Below are positions 52,483 through 62,159 of a stretch of 64,000 nucleotides of DNA, piece by piece (position 1 is the first letter of the stretch; the number at the start of each line of letters is the position of its first letter). A program made the translations under genes and the position numbers. The notes under the pieces are model-generated. The model searched no databases, was not told the DNA's origin, and was given only the letters and a program-made list of their open reading frames with translations. This DNA comes from an uncultured delta proteobacterium (GTDB lineage: Bacteria; Desulfobacterota; Binatia; UBA9968): positions 32,001 through 96,000 of the forward strand of contig CAVUVW010000019.1 in assembly GCA_963745035.1 (NCBI GenBank), in the 5' to 3' direction.

Positions 52483-52982
52483 GGCTCTGCCTCCTTTAAG
52501 TTCGCCCGAACGATTCGAGCTACGAGGATGCGTTTCACGCAATGGGTGCGCCAGGTAGAAAGGGGCGAGTAAAGGAGTATTCTTGCCAGAAGCTGCGGAA
52601 AAAGGGGGTGGCGGCTTCGCTCGTTTACTGTCCGGGGAAAAAAGTTGGCCAAAAAATCTATACCGTTGCTTTTGGCCATCTGTTCCAGATCGGCGATGGT
52701 TGGGCCGTTGAGACGAAAGGCGCGATGGGCGCGCCATTCCCGGACTTCCATCTCGCGAATACCCTCGGAGTGATGCGGGTCTTGAGCGGCAAGGGCTATG
52801 GCTTCGTCGAGGCTTGATGCGAGCATGACGTAGATGCCATAAGCGCCGTCGGTCGTTGGCCCCGAGAAAAGCAGGCGCCCGGCGCGATGCTGATCATCGA
52901 GCCACTGGCGGTGCGCTTCGTAGTTGCGCTCCTTCTCCGCGTCCTTCTCCGGCTTCGAGCGTGACAAAACGATGTACCACAT
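52431..52982 (-). CDS. YciI-family protein (true end probably near 52660)
   Basis: EAHRQWL, LLFSGP, AAQDPH motifs; the C-terminal extension looks non-homologous and overlaps the next gene. Confidence 0.75.
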   Translation of the reverse strand: MWYIVLSRSKPEKDAEKERNYEAHRQWLDDQHRAGRLLFSGPTTDGAYGIYVMLASSLDEAIALAAQDPHHSEGIREMEVREWRAHRAFRLNGPTIADLEQMAKSNGIDFLANFFPRTVNERSRHPLFPQLLARILLYSPLSTWRTHCVKRILVARIVRANLKEAEPCRRHYPSNWPRSHWRG

Positions 52983-53117
52983 GATCGAGTCCTCCGTGAA
53001 TCAGCTAGGAGCGATCATAGACGCCGCGTCGGAGATTTTCCACTTGCGCGGCAAAGCGGTGAGGGGTAGAAGCCTGAGCACGAAGACAGTCATTCGAAAC
53101 GGGGAGAGATCGCGGCC

Positions 53118-54365
53118 ATGCTGTCGAGCCACGAGAACGAGTTGCTGACCCGAGTGGGGCGGGAGACGCCGATGGGCGCATTGATGCGGCGGTACTGGAT
53201 TCCCGCGCTTCTCGCGGAGGAAATCCCGGTCCCGGACTGCCCGCCGGTGCGAGTGCGGTTGCTGGGCGAAGACCTGGTCGCTTTCAGAGATTCCAACGGC
53301 AGGGTCGGCTTGCTCGGCGAGCACTGCTCTCATCGTGGCACCTCGCTGTTCTTCGGGCGCAATGAACTTTGCGGCCTGACCTGCATCTATCACGGCTGGA
53401 AGTATGACGTGGACGGCAACGTACTGGATACGCCGGCCGAGCCCGCGAGCAGCGACTTTAAGCGCAAACTCCGGCATACCGCCTATCCGTGCAAAGAAGT
53501 CGCCGGGATTGTCTTCGCGTACTTGGGACCCGCCGACAGACAGCCGGTGTTGCCGCGCTACGAATGGTTCGATCTCGACGCCGCGCAAGTCTACCCCGTG
53601 AAGTCGTATCTCCAATGCAATTATCTGCAGGGCATCGAGGGCGACTTCGATTCGTCGCACACGTCGTTTCTGCACAACAACGATCTTACCAACGCGGAGA
53701 CTTTGAAGCGCGACGGCGCGCCGGTCCTCGAGGCCGAGGAAACCGCCTACGGCATGAGAGCGGTATCGATCCGCAAGGCAGGCCCGCAGCGCATCTACGT
53801 GCGCACCAGTCCGTATATCCTGCCGTCGTTCAGCATCGTGCCGGGCCCGCCGACGGAAAAGTTCGACGACGACGATATTCGCGGCTTTCGTTTCTGGGCG
53901 CCGATCGACGACCGGACGACCTGGCTTTACATTCTCAACATGCGCAAGCGGCCCTTCACGGCCGAAGAGCGGCTGAGTCTGCGGAGCTGGATCGCCGCCG
54001 ATTACCGGCGAGTGCGGAACGCGTCGAATAATTATCTCCAGGATCGGGAGCGGCAGCGAACCATCAACTACACGGGCATCGACGCGGTCAATCCCGCCGA
54101 GCAGGACGGCTGCGCGACGGAGAGCATGGGCGTGATCTGCGACCGCACTCAAGAACATCTCGGTTACAGCGACAAGACCATCATTGCGCTTCGTAAGATG
54201 CTGCTCCGAGCGACAAGCGATTTGGCGGAAGGAAAAGATCCGCCGCATATCATTCGTGAGGGTCAGGACGACGATTTTTCACGGTTGCGATCGATCAAGG
54301 GCGTCTTGCCGGCGGGCGCGGACTGGCGCAAGGTGTTGGAGGGGATGGGGCCCAATGACGGGTGA
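53118..54365 (+). CDS. Rieske non-heme iron oxygenase alpha subunit (phthalate 4,5-dioxygenase-like)
   Basis: CSHRG...CIYHGW Rieske motif; EGDFDSSHTSFLH mononuclear iron site; EHLGYSD. Confidence 0.92.
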   Translation: MLSSHENELLTRVGRETPMGALMRRYWIPALLAEEIPVPDCPPVRVRLLGEDLVAFRDSNGRVGLLGEHCSHRGTSLFFGRNELCGLTCIYHGWKYDVDGNVLDTPAEPASSDFKRKLRHTAYPCKEVAGIVFAYLGPADRQPVLPRYEWFDLDAAQVYPVKSYLQCNYLQGIEGDFDSSHTSFLHNNDLTNAETLKRDGAPVLEAEETAYGMRAVSIRKAGPQRIYVRTSPYILPSFSIVPGPPTEKFDDDDIRGFRFWAPIDDRTTWLYILNMRKRPFTAEERLSLRSWIAADYRRVRNASNNYLQDRERQRTINYTGIDAVNPAEQDGCATESMGVICDRTQEHLGYSDKTIIALRKMLLRATSDLAEGKDPPHIIREGQDDDFSRLRSIKGVLPAGADWRKVLEGMGPNDG

Positions 54366-54457
54366 GTATACTCGGTTCAAGCCGTTCAAATCGTTCCAGG
54401 CGTTCAAGTGGTTTCGGGTTCTTCAGTTTCCAGCTTAGAGTCTCGCGGATTGGAATC

Positions 54458-55504
54458 ATGCGAAATAAACGTCCACGTCAGGTCGCTAAGTTTGCACTTT
54501 TGACTCTAATCATTTGCACCGCATCTCCATCGGTTGCTCAGCCGCTGCAGAAAGCCGTCGCCATGGTCGGCGCGCGCAGCGGCGCATCATGGCCTCTTTG
54601 GATCGCTAAGGACGCGCGCCTTTACAGCAAGTATGGACTCGACGTGGAGTTGGTTTACGCCGTTCATCCTGGACCCATTGCGGCGATCATCAGCGGCCAC
54701 GCGGCGATGACTTCGGCAGGGAGCGATCCGGCGCTCCTCGCGGCCGCGAAGGATCCGTCCTTGGTGGTGCTCGGCGGTTTCATGAACAAGGGCTCGTTCG
54801 CGATGATCGGCTCGAAAACCGCGACGGACATGAAGCAGGTTTCCGGCAAGAAGATCGGCGTGGGTCGAGTCGGTGATCCGCCGTATCACATGGCGGTCAG
54901 CCTGTTGAAGAAGTACGGCATGACGGCGCGCGATGTGCAGTGGGTTTCCATCGGCGTCGATGCGGCTGCTCGCGCGGCAGCTTTACAGACGGGGCAGGTG
55001 GACGCGGCATTGATTACCGCGCCCGCCTATTTTCGGCTGCAGGCCGCCGGCCTGCCGGTGCTGGCCGTATTGCTCGATCACGAAGATATTTACGTCTCGA
55101 CCTACTATCTTTTTCGCCGCGACGCATTGACGAAAGATCGGCCTATGGCGACGGCTTTTATCAAAGCACACGCCGAAGCGATCAAGCGGTTTTATGACGA
55201 CAAAGCATTCGCGACTTCTATCATGATCAAATACGGTGGCACGCGGAACGCGGACGATGCCAATCGCGTCTACGATCTTTTTCAGAAGGCGCGTGTGTTG
55301 GAGCCGATCCCTTACGCTTTGAAAGGATCTGTGGAGGCGGTCGTCGAGCGCCAGGGACAGGACTTAAAGGGCGCCGACTTCTCCAAGATGATCGACAATA
55401 GTCTGGTGGATCAACTGGTCAACGAGAAATATTTCGAAACGGTTTTCGGCTCGGCGATCCGCGACGAGCAAAAGCGCCGGCAGGCGCGGGCGTTTGGAAG
55501 GTAG
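54458..55504 (+). CDS. ABC substrate-binding protein, NMT1/SsuA-like
   Basis: Signal peptide, KYGLDVEL, GKKIGVGRVG, IDNSLVDQL. Confidence 0.85.
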   Translation: MRNKRPRQVAKFALLTLIICTASPSVAQPLQKAVAMVGARSGASWPLWIAKDARLYSKYGLDVELVYAVHPGPIAAIISGHAAMTSAGSDPALLAAAKDPSLVVLGGFMNKGSFAMIGSKTATDMKQVSGKKIGVGRVGDPPYHMAVSLLKKYGMTARDVQWVSIGVDAAARAAALQTGQVDAALITAPAYFRLQAAGLPVLAVLLDHEDIYVSTYYLFRRDALTKDRPMATAFIKAHAEAIKRFYDDKAFATSIMIKYGGTRNADDANRVYDLFQKARVLEPIPYALKGSVEAVVERQGQDLKGADFSKMIDNSLVDQLVNEKYFETVFGSAIRDEQKRRQARAFGR

Positions 55505-55526
55505 CGTCCGCGTGTGTCCGCGCCAC

Positions 55527-56529
55527 CTAGGAGCGCTTTTGCAGCGATTTAAAAAAGCCCTGCTTCTCCAGCTCGCGCAGGACATCTTCGTTCATGAATT
55601 CCTGCGCTTTCCTTCCTTTGGCATCGGCCCTGCTGTTGCCTAGATCGTCCACGACAACCTGAATCCCGGAAACTTCGCTGTAGGGCGGATAAGAAATTCT
55701 CGGCGCATAGCTCTTATAAGCACTGTCCAGCAAGGCCTTGTCCTGAGTGCGCATCCATTTGGAAAGACTTTTTTGGCCGAGAGCCGGATCGTTCTTGAAA
55801 ATATAAATCCCTTCACCGATCCCCTGCAGAAAACTTCGCACGAGGCCTCGCTTGGACGACTGCAGAGTCCTGGTCGTCATCAGACTGACGGTTGGAAACG
55901 AATCCGCCAATTCGCCCAGATCAAGCATGACCTGCATTCCGGAGGCTTTCGCTCGGTCGACGAAAGCGCCGGTGAGTACGGTGGCGTCGACCAGGCCATT
56001 TTGCAGCGCCGCGAGGCGGTCCCGGCTGCCGCCGGCGCGCACGAGGGTGACGCTCTTCTCATCGACGCCCCAGTGCCGCAGCGCCGTTGCGACGACGATC
56101 TGATTCAAGCCGACGACGGAAAGAACCCCGACCTTCTTGCCGCGCAAATCTTGCGGCGAGCGGATGCCGGGGCGGGCAACGAAACTGTAGGTATGCTTGT
56201 TGAAATAGGTGCCGATAATGATGATGTCGGCTCCCGAGAGATTCGCCGCGATATGGGGTTGCGGCGCGACCACGTCGAATTGAATCTCGCCGCCGGTCAG
56301 GGCGTGCGTCGACTCGGCGCCGCCGCGAAACAGAATCGGCTCGAGATTGAGCCCATACTTTTTGAATAAGCCGAGATCGACGGCAAGCCAAAGGGGAATC
56401 TGGTACCCGGAGATGCCGCTGTAACCCGCGCGCACCCGCTCTTGAGCGCGGCGGCACCGCGGCAGTGCAAAGATCGTCAAGCCCGCCAAAGCAACAGTGC
56501 AGAAAGCAATAAATCCGTTTGTGCTTCAT
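55527..56529 (-). CDS. ABC substrate-binding protein, NMT1/SsuA-like (ATG at 56529 is out of frame by one base)
   Basis: GLFKKYGL, DLRGKKVG, ELEKQGFF; removing one A after the ATG gives a continuous signal peptide MSTNGFIAFCTVALAG. Confidence 0.8.
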
Positions 56530-56605
56530 GAGCCTACCTTTTTCCGATGACTGACGGCAGCGGAAGATGAGCAAAAAGCCAAACGACTCTCTACCGTCGG
56601 ATGAA

Positions 56606-57451
56606 TCATGCCCGGTGCGACAGCGGCCAGCGCAGCCATTCGGCGAGCGCCCGGCCCATTATCCATTCTTTGTCTTGGGCCGATAGAAAATCCAGCTCTT
56701 CGGTAAACAATGTGACTGCCTGGCGATAGGAGCAGGGGAGCTGCGAGAGATCCGTGCCCCAGAAAAGCCGTTGCGGCCCGAAAGTTTCGACGACGCGGCG
56801 AATCTGCGGATGCAAGGTCGGATAGGGATAAGCTTCGTCGACGTAGCAAGGGAGACAAGAAACTTTGACTCCGACGTTCTTGAAGCGCGCGAATTTGAGC
56901 AAGACATCGACGCCGGGTCCGAGATCCTTGCCTTTCCATTGCACGTTGAGCCCCATATGGTCGACGATCACGCGCAGATCGGGATGACGTGCGGCAATCT
57001 CGCCGATCTTCGCCACCGCGAAGGGCGCGAAAATCATGACCGGAATATCGTGGCGCTCGCAGTCCGCCCAGAACCAGTCCGCCGTGCCGTCATCGAGAAA
57101 CGAATGGGTGCCGCTGTGACGAAAACTGATGCGAAAACCCAGCATGCCCGGCTGTTTGAGCCAACTGGCGACGCGCCCTTTGCTCGCAGGATCGTTGAGC
57201 GGCACTTTGCCCATGACAGCAAAGCGATCGGGATATTTTTGCGCCGCTTCGAGCGCGTAATCATTCCGATAGCCTTCCCACGAGGGCGGCACCAAAATGA
57301 CCCGATCAACGCCTGCTGTCGACATTTCGCGCAGCAAATCTTCGTAGCCTAAAGGCACCGGACGGTGCGGCTTGGACGCATCTTCTTTGATGTACGGCCG
57401 CTCAGGACTTTCCGGCTTCCAGATGTGAACTTGCGCGTCGATGATGGTCAT
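56606..57451 (-). CDS. Amidohydrolase-2 family protein
   Basis: IIDAQVHIW, VDHMG, FGPQRLFWGTD. Confidence 0.9.
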   Translation of the reverse strand: MTIIDAQVHIWKPESPERPYIKEDASKPHRPVPLGYEDLLREMSTAGVDRVILVPPSWEGYRNDYALEAAQKYPDRFAVMGKVPLNDPASKGRVASWLKQPGMLGFRISFRHSGTHSFLDDGTADWFWADCERHDIPVMIFAPFAVAKIGEIAARHPDLRVIVDHMGLNVQWKGKDLGPGVDVLLKFARFKNVGVKVSCLPCYVDEAYPYPTLHPQIRRVVETFGPQRLFWGTDLSQLPCSYRQAVTLFTEELDFLSAQDKEWIMGRALAEWLRWPLSHRA

Positions 57452-57460
57452 TGGACTAAA

Positions 57461-58451
57461 TTATTTTCCGCTATTCACTTGCCGCACGAAGCGGTCGTCG
57501 AAGAACTGTGAGGGTTTGGCGGTCTTGGCTTCGGGGATCGTTTCGGAAAGAAAATCGAGCATGCCTTGCAGGCCCGGCTCGGACGTGACCAGCTCGCGGC
57601 GAAATCCCGCCTTCTTGTAGAATTCGTAGGTGCGGTCGAGAACTTCCTGATCGTTCTCCTTGGTGTATTTGCCGATCACTCTCGTGGCGAACGGCTTGTC
57701 GGCGTAGTAGCGCTCTATCCCTTGACGCACCGCACGCAGCAGCGGGGTGAGCCGGCTCGCCAGCTCATCGATACGGCTCCGTCTCACGACCAAGCCGACG
57801 TTTTGATAGGGCACATCGAGAAGGCTGACCATCGAATGAAAACCGGAGCGCTCCATTAGAAAACTGGCGGGCGGCGAGCCCACGCCGCCGACGATCTGTC
57901 CGGCATAGAAAGCGGCGACGATTTGCGGGCTGCTGCCGAGGGGGCGAAGTTGAACATCCTTCGCGGTGAGCCCCATTTTCTTTAGCGCCACCATCGTGCC
58001 GTACGCCACAGGGGTGCCGGGTCGGTCCGTGCCGACGATTTTTCCCTTCAGCTGTTCGACGCTTTTGATTTCCGGCCGGGCGTAAAAATCCCAGATCATC
58101 GTGTTGAGGAGGCCGGCGATAAAGACGACGTCGACGCCTCGAACCGAAGCGGTGATCACCGGCGCGGCGGAAACTTGCACGACGTCGAGCTCGTTGGCGA
58201 TCAGCGCCGGGTATCGCGGCGGTCGAAGGCATGGAAATCACCTCGGTATCCAGACCTTCCTTGGCTAACGCGCCGCTTTCCTTCGCCATCCAGACCGAGG
58301 CCATGGTGGCCGAAGTGCTCAGGTAGGCGATGCGTAAAGGCCGGGCCGAGCGCGCGCTCGTTTGCGCGCTGAGTGGCGCGGCGCTGGCGCAGATCAGCGC
58401 GAGCGGCAACAGTACCCTGGACAAAGCAGAAATGGTTCCTGTCCTAATCAT
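57461..58451 (-). pseudogene. NMT1/SsuA-like substrate-binding protein with one frameshift near 58210, possibly a sequencing indel
   Basis: Signal peptide and KEGLDTEV in one frame; IPALIANELDVVQVSAAP continues in another. Confidence 0.8.
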
Positions 58452-58691
58452 GGGATAGTTTCCTCTTATCGGCTGTCAGCCAAATGGGGCGGCCACGAGT
58501 TGTAACACCTAGGTCATCGCGGCGGTCGCTGAGCGGATTGCGATCAGGTCGACCATCGGTTTACAAGGGCATAGCTCGTGCGCTATGAGTACAAACACCC
58601 CAGGACAGAAGCCGCAGCAGGATAGTAAACAATCGCACGAGCCCGGCGTCTATAAAGACGGACGGCGGAAGATAGAAAACCAGGAGGCGCT

Positions 58692-58853
58692 ATGAAAGGC
58701 TTGCCGGGAACTCTGTTGGCGCTCGCATTCGCCTGTTTCTCTTTGATTTCTCTGATCTCCATAAATCGCGACTGGGATAGCGCATTGGTGCAATTGACCG
58801 CTGACGAGTCGAAGCTTTCGGAGCTCGGGCTCCGCTTCGTTATACGGCCTTAG
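58692..58853 (+). CDS. Putative 53-aa secreted or membrane peptide
   Basis: AGGAGG RBS; MKGLPGTLLALAFACFSLISLISINRDW...RP*; below the ORF-track size cutoff. Confidence 0.5.
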   Translation: MKGLPGTLLALAFACFSLISLISINRDWDSALVQLTADESKLSELGLRFVIRP

Positions 58854-58919
58854 CGGCGCTCACTCCAAACGCGTTCGCGCGCCAATTCGCAATCCGCACC
58901 GGAATCCCGTGAAATTCCA

Positions 58920-59480
58920 TCACGGCGTCGACCGCACCGCCGGTCGATCGAGCAGGCGTTCCATCCACCCCTTCACATGGGGCAGGTCGCTGCCGATGGT
59001 CGTCTGATAACGCTGCAGGCGACAAAAGAACGGGATGTAAGTAATATCGGCGAGGGAATACTCGCCGGCGATGTAGCGCCGGTCGCGCATCTCCCGATCC
59101 AGGTTCTCCAGATAGCCGCGCAGCCGTTCTTTCGATTTCTCCACCTCATGATCGTGAGCGATGTAGCCCGCAGCCGCCTGCAGGCGCGTATTGCAGTAAT
59201 CGATCCAGATGCGGGCGCGGGAGCGCAGCACTGGATCGCTCGGCATCAGCGGGACCTGCGGATATTTCTCTTCCAGATATTCGTTGATAATCGCCGACTC
59301 GTAGATGACGCCCTCGCCGTCTACCAGCACCGGAACCTTGCCGTACGGATTGAGCTCCAATAAGTCTTTGGGCTTGTTCGAGAGATCGCACTCGATGAGT
59401 TGGTGGGGAATCTTTTTCTCGGCCAGGACAATCCTTGTCCTGTGGGCGTACGGTCAAGGTTGATAAGAATAAAGCTTCAT
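58920..59480 (-). CDS. Glutathione S-transferase (omega/SspA-like) with predicted selenocysteine at residue 9
   Basis: MKLYSYQP-TGA-PYAHRTRIVLAEKKIPH...LNPYGKVPVL...ESAIINEYL, in frame with the track ORF 58920..59360. The TGA occupies the Cys position of the CPYAHR motif. GGAGG RBS and ATGA coupling to the upstream gene. Confidence 0.85.
59424..59442 (-). promoter_or_regulatory. Bacterial SECIS-like hairpin
   Basis: mRNA CAGGACAA-GGA-UUGUCCUG (8-bp perfect stem, G-containing loop) starts 11 nt after the UGA at 59454-59456. Confidence 0.75.
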
Positions 59481-59881
59481 AACGATCCTCCCTTATATGA
59501 TTTAGCTTCAGTGTCGCCGCCAAAACGCTGGGTATGAATCACTGCCCTGCGGTGCAATCCTTCGCCGATCTTTACCCCCTCGTCGTTGGTCGCCGACACG
59601 GAGTAGCGAAGTTTATTTTCTTTCACTTCCAAAAGCTCGGCCCTGACCGTAACCTTCTGGCCGATCTTCGTTGGCGCCATGTGCCGCACGTCTACATGAA
59701 TCCCGACGGTCTGCTCGTTCGGATCGAGATAAGGCTCGGTCAATTCGACGCAGGTTCTTTCCATCAGGCCGATCATCGCCGGAGTCGAAAAAACATCCGC
59801 CTCGAGCTGGCCGGCGCGCATTTCCTGGGTGGTGGCGTAGGTGCGGGTGCGCGTGATGCCTGGCGCCACATCATTGGTCAT
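59477..59881 (-). CDS. FlK-like hotdog-fold thioesterase
   Basis: VFSTPAMIGLME, TVG..V.VRHMAPT, GEGLHRRAV, carrying the Thr/Glu/His triad. Confidence 0.9.
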   Translation of the reverse strand: MTNDVAPGITRTRTYATTQEMRAGQLEADVFSTPAMIGLMERTCVELTEPYLDPNEQTVGIHVDVRHMAPTKIGQKVTVRAELLEVKENKLRYSVSATNDEGVKIGEGLHRRAVIHTQRFGGDTEAKSYKGGSL

Positions 59882-59990
59882 ACGGCGAATATACGGGAGT
59901 TGCCGAGCCGGAAGCAACACTACCGTTGAACGATGTGACCGCGCAGAAATTTAATGTTATGAGAAGACAAACCAAGAAGGAGCGCCGAAC

Positions 59991-61031
59991 ATGCTATTGC
60001 CGTTCCGGGAACATCTCGATTTCGGCCCCACGCCCTACGACGTTCTCCAGGCCGAGGAGGGGATTCCGATCATCAAAGGGAACGTCGTGCACGACGTCAC
60101 GACCTTGGAGCTGGCTCCCTGGAAGCGCATGGGAGCGCTGGGCTGCTATCTCAATCTTTCCAATCAACAGCAGACCGATGCGTACGTCTGCGAGATTCCG
60201 CCCGGCAGTGAAACCCTGCCGCAGCGCCATCTGTTTGAAGAAATCATCTACGTGGCCAAAGGGCGCGGCGCCACCGCCATCTGGCAGGACGGCACCGGCA
60301 AGGTGACCTTCGAATGGGGCCCGGGAGCGATCTTCGCCATCCCGCTCAATTCCTCCTACGTTCACTACAACGGGTCCCGCGACGAGGCGGTGCGGCTGTT
60401 TGCGGGCACCACCTGCCCGCGCATGATCAATATTTTTCACAACCAGGAATTCATTTTCCGCAATCCCTTCAATTTCCGTGACCGCTTTCATCAAGGCGAT
60501 GATTTTTTGAGGTTCAATAAACACATCACGGACCGGTATTGGGAAACCAACCTGGTTCCGGACGTAAATCAATTTCCGCTCGACGATTTTCCGATGAAAG
60601 GGAAGGGTGTGCGGCACATGCGCTTCACCTTGGCGGATACGACTTACGGCTGCCACGTTTCGGAGTTTCCGCCGGGCTGCCGCAGCACTTTTCACCGCCA
60701 CGGCCCGGGCGCGGTGATCATCATCACTCAAGGCGAAGGCTACGTCATGCTCTGGAAAGACGGCGAGGAGCGGAAGCGCCATGAGTTCAAGGTCGGCACG
60801 GTCTATTCGCCGAACGACCTCATGTGGCACGGCCACTTCAATACCGGCAAGGGCACCATGCGCCACTTTGCCATGCGCGGCGACAGTCCCAAGTACAGCC
60901 ACGACCGCTTCCGCAATCCGCTCTGGACGATGATCCCCATGGAAGACGAAACTCCGGAGATTCAAAAAGAGTATGTACGCATTCTCGCGGAGAAAGGAGT
61001 CGAGGCGGCGGTGCAGGTGGTTGAAGATTGA
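59991..61031 (+). CDS. Bicupin protein (gentisate 1,2-dioxygenase-like)
   Basis: QRHLFEE..YV..GRG, FHRHGPG, WHGHFN. Confidence 0.85.
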   Translation: MLLPFREHLDFGPTPYDVLQAEEGIPIIKGNVVHDVTTLELAPWKRMGALGCYLNLSNQQQTDAYVCEIPPGSETLPQRHLFEEIIYVAKGRGATAIWQDGTGKVTFEWGPGAIFAIPLNSSYVHYNGSRDEAVRLFAGTTCPRMINIFHNQEFIFRNPFNFRDRFHQGDDFLRFNKHITDRYWETNLVPDVNQFPLDDFPMKGKGVRHMRFTLADTTYGCHVSEFPPGCRSTFHRHGPGAVIIITQGEGYVMLWKDGEERKRHEFKVGTVYSPNDLMWHGHFNTGKGTMRHFAMRGDSPKYSHDRFRNPLWTMIPMEDETPEIQKEYVRILAEKGVEAAVQVVED

Positions 61032-61076
61032 CCGTATAACTCAGTAGATGAACCCAGAGCAAACAAGGAGGCTGCC

Positions 61077-62120
61077 ATGGTGAATTGTCCGGTGATCGAT
61101 GCCGACGGGCATGTGTTGGAGAAGGAAAAATATATTCGCAAATACCTTGAAGCTCCCTGGAACAAGCGCTCCACGTCGCTGCGCACCCGCGACCAGCCCT
61201 GGGACGCCAATCTCTTCGATAGCTTCGACATGGCGGTGCGCTGGGAAGACTTGAGCCCAAAGGAGCAGATCGATGAGTGGCATGCGGTGATGGAGCGGGA
61301 GGGGATGGAGTACGCCATTTGTTTTCCTACCGGCTCGGGCAACGTCTCGAAGATACAGGAGCTGGATTTCGCGCTCGCCGTGGCGCGCGCGTGCAACACC
61401 CATTTCGCCAAGGAGTTCAACGCGCTCTCCGACCGGGTGAGCTGCGTCGGCGTGCTTCCGCTGCGTGATCCCAAGGCCGCGGCCGAAGAGCTGCGGCGCG
61501 GCGTGACCGAGCTGGGATTGAAGGGGTTCGAAATCTTGCCGATGGGTTTGCCCATGGCGCTCGGCAGCACGTTTTACGATCCGGTTTATGCCGAGGCGGA
61601 AAAGTTGGGCGCGGTGATCGGCATCCACGGCTCGCGCAGCAACTCGCACGAGATCGGCGCAGCAAATCTATCGACCTTCGCCGAAGTGCACTCCTATGCA
61701 TTCACGGTCGGTTTGCTGCTTCAGTTCACTCACGTCGTATGCCAGGGCTTGCCGGTGCGCTTCCCCAACTTGAAATTGGCTTTTTTGGAGATCGGCGCGA
61801 CGTGGCTGCCGTACTATCTGGACCGCTTGGATGAGCACTGGGAAAAGCGCGCCAAGCACGAGATGCCGCTGCTGAAAGAGAAACCTAGTGATCTGGTGCG
61901 CAAATCGAAGATGTATTTCAGTCTGGAATCGGGCGAGTCGCTGCTGCCGGAGTCGATCAATTATCTCGGCGCGGAGCATTTCCTGTACGCCTCGGACATC
62001 CCGCATTGGGACAACGAGTTTCCGGGCAATCTCCACGCGCTGAGAAATCATCCACGAATTTCCGACGCCGATAAGGAAAAGATTCTTTACAGCAACGCGA
62101 AGGCACTGTTCGGTCTGTAG
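61077..62120 (+). CDS. Amidohydrolase-2 family protein
   Basis: IDADGHVLE, IGIHG, FLEIGATWLP, YASDIPHWD. Confidence 0.9.
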   Translation: MVNCPVIDADGHVLEKEKYIRKYLEAPWNKRSTSLRTRDQPWDANLFDSFDMAVRWEDLSPKEQIDEWHAVMEREGMEYAICFPTGSGNVSKIQELDFALAVARACNTHFAKEFNALSDRVSCVGVLPLRDPKAAAEELRRGVTELGLKGFEILPMGLPMALGSTFYDPVYAEAEKLGAVIGIHGSRSNSHEIGAANLSTFAEVHSYAFTVGLLLQFTHVVCQGLPVRFPNLKLAFLEIGATWLPYYLDRLDEHWEKRAKHEMPLLKEKPSDLVRKSKMYFSLESGESLLPESINYLGAEHFLYASDIPHWDNEFPGNLHALRNHPRISDADKEKILYSNAKALFGL

Positions 62121-62159
62121 GATCGTCCGGTCGATTGGTTCCAGATCGTGAGGATTAGC

